From Alphaproteobacteria bacterium (lineage in GTDB: Bacteria > Pseudomonadota > Alphaproteobacteria > CAAHEQ01 > UBA3637), in NCBI GenBank assembly GCA_045632845.1, contig JAZQXL010000011.1, positions 2,158-66,157 on the forward strand: a stretch of 64,000 nucleotides of DNA, written 5' to 3'. The notes beneath the pieces were generated by a model. That model did not search any database and had not been told where the DNA came from. It worked only from the letters and a program-made list of their open reading frames with translations. Position numbers and translations under genes: made by a program. Positions 62,003 through 64,000 of the stretch are shown here, piece by piece; the stretch's first letter is position 1, and every line of letters begins with the position of its first letter.

Positions 62003-64000
62003 ATGTTTTTAAAAAGTATTTTCGGATCTGCAAACGACAGATATTTAAAAAAATTCAAAAAAACCATTAATAAAATCAACGAATTAGAGCATCAATACGA
62101 GCTTTTAAGCGATTCGCAATTAAGAAACAAAACTGAAGAATATAAAACACGCATTCAAAATGGTGAAAATTTAGAAAGTATTTTACCAGAAGCATTTGCA
62201 AGTGTTAGAGAAGCTGCTAAACGTGTTTTAGGATTACGTCCTTTTGATGTTCAGTTGTTAGGTGGTATTATTTTAAATAATGGGCAGATTGCCGAAATGC
62301 GCACAGGTGAAGGGAAAACTCTTGTTGCAACAATGCCTGTTTATTTAAACGCCTTAACAGGGAAAGGTGTTCATGTTGTTACGGTTAATGACTATCTTGC
62401 TAAACGTGATAGCGAATGGATGGGACAAATTTATCGTTTCTTGGGTTTAACTGTTGGCTGTATTGTCCACGATATGTCAACAACTGACAGACGTGCTGCT
62501 TACAATGCTGATATCACCTACGCAACAAACAATGAGTTAGGATTTGATTACCTTAGAGACAATATGCGCTTTGAAATTAAAGAAATGGTTCAACGCCCAT
62601 TCTATTATGCAATTGTTGATGAAGTTGACTCTATTTTAATTGACGAAGCTAGAACTCCATTAATTATTTCTGGTCCTGCTGAAAACTCTTCTGAACGATA
62701 TATTGCAATTGATAAATTGGTTCGCACAGTTAAACCAGAACATTATGAAAAAGACGAAAAACATAAAAACGTTTCTTTAACAGAACTTGGATCAGAATAC
62801 ATCGAACAACTCCTTGCTGATGAAAACCTCATTCAAGGTTCTTTGTATGACACTCACAACATTGCATTTGTCCATCACATTGATCAAGCTTTAAAAGCAA
62901 ATACACTTTTTACAAGAGATAAAGATTATATCATCAAAGATGGTCAAGTTATCATTATTGACGAATTTACAGGGCGTATGATGCATGGTCGCCGTTACTC
63001 TGATGGTTTGCACCAAGCAATTGAAGCAAAGGAAGGGGTTGAAATTCAACCTGAAAACCAAACATTGGCTTCAATCACATTCCAAAACTATTTTAGAATG
63101 TATCCAAAATTGGCAGGTATGACCGGTACTGCAATGACTGAAGCAAGCGAATTTGATGACATTTATCGTTTGCCTGTTATTGAAATTCCAACAAACAAAG
63201 AACCTCAACGAAAAGATGAAAATGATGTCATCTATCGTACAGCTGAAGAGAAATATGAAGCCATTATTGAAGATGTCAAACAAGCCCATGCAAAAGGACA
63301 ACCTGTTTTAATTGGGACTGCTTCTATTGAAAAATCTGAAATTTTAGCAGATTTAATGAAACGAAAAACATCTATTCCATTTAATGTGTTAAACGCACGT
63401 CACCATGAACAAGAAGCTAAAATTATCGCTCAAGCGGGTGCTCCTGGTGCAGTTACCATTGCTACAAATATGGCTGGTCGTGGTACCGATATTCAATTAG
63501 GTGGTAATATTGAAATGCTCTTGCAAGAAGCATTAGAAAGTAACCCAACAGCAGACAAAGAAACTCTCCTAGCCAAAATTAAAGCTGATGTTCAGGAGAA
63601 AAAAGAACAAGTTTTAAAAGCTGGCGGTCTTTTTGTTTTAGGTTCAGAGCGTCACGAAAGTCGCCGCATTGACAACCAATTAAGAGGGCGCTCTGGCCGT
63701 CAAGGTGATCCTGGGTTATCCAGATTCTATGTTTCATTAGAAGATGATCTTATGCGGATATTTGGCGCAAACAGAATCCAAAATCTTTTACCAAAATTAG
63801 GATTAAAACGTGGTGAACCAATCACTCACAACTTCATCACAAAAGCACTTGCTGTTGCACAAAAGAAAGTTGAAACATATCACTTTGATGTTCGCAAAAA
63901 CCTTCTCAAATTTGATGATGTTATGAACGATCAACGCAAAGCTATTTATGAACAACGCAAAGAATTAATGCTTGCATCTTCTGTTTCAGATACACTTGCT
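62003..64000 (+). CDS. secA: Preprotein translocase SecA (truncated at window end)
   Basis: [62 protein letters not shown]. Confidence 0.97.
   Translation, partial: MFLKSIFGSANDRYLKKFKKTINKINELEHQYELLSDSQLRNKTEEYKTRIQNGENLESILPEAFASVREAAKRVLGLRPFDVQLLGGIILNNGQIAEMRTGEGKTLVATMPVYLNALTGKGVHVVTVNDYLAKRDSEWMGQIYRFLGLTVGCIVHDMSTTDRRAAYNADITYATNNELGFDYLRDNMRFEIKEMVQRPFYYAIVDEVDSILIDEARTPLIISGPAENSSERYIAIDKLVRTVKPEHYEKDEKHKNVSLTELGSEYIEQLLADENLIQGSLYDTHNIAFVHHIDQALKANTLFTRDKDYIIKDGQVIIIDEFTGRMMHGRRYSDGLHQAIEAKEGVEIQPENQTLASITFQNYFRMYPKLAGMTGTAMTEASEFDDIYRLPVIEIPTNKEPQRKDENDVIYRTAEEKYEAIIEDVKQAHAKGQPVLIGTASIEKSEILADLMKRKTSIPFNVLNARHHEQEAKIIAQAGAPGAVTIATNMAGRGTDIQLGGNIEMLLQEALESNPTADKETLLAKIKADVQEKKEQVLKAGGLFVLGSERHESRRIDNQLRGRSGRQGDPGLSRFYVSLEDDLMRIFGANRIQNLLPKLGLKRGEPITHNFITKALAVAQKKVETYHFDVRKNLLKFDDVMNDQRKAIYEQRKELMLASSVSDTLA

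Overview
AT-rich bacterial chromosome segment, most consistent with a reduced, host-associated alphaproteobacterium (yfgM-bamB-der order, alpha-type gyrA/ssb/mrcA, GRSMVEM-type pilins). The backbone is housekeeping: cca (partial), rsfS, obgE, der, smpB, prmA, gyrA, ssb, oadGAB, trpS, frameshifted prfB, mrcA, rluD, secA (partial) and two tRNA-Leu genes. The most unusual structure is at 13.65-21.25 kb. Four integrase-less gene cassettes lie in tandem against the 3' end of tRNA-Leu(CAA). Every junction has a terminator hairpin, then TTTGGTAC (containing the tRNA's last 6 nt), then a conserved open frame W-Y-S-x-L-x-x-Y-R-A-N. This frame looks like the split-off C-terminus of a tRNA-targeting large serine recombinase, and it carries a motif displaced exactly 5 bp from its counterpart in the tRNA. 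This suggests an integron-like array that regenerates its own target site and is mobilised in trans. One cassette carries a DriD-like WYL regulator with two candidate operators, a deaminated-base DNA glycosylase and a truncated, degenerate DnaB. Also notable: a mini-duplication at tRNA-Leu(GAG), an 87-bp direct repeat flanking nagZ and a GT2 gene, an SF2 helicase with four recently homogenised ~80-aa repeats, several effector-like orphans, and an isolated, degenerate fliG-flhF-flhG trio. All calls come from reading the sequence; no database searches were run.
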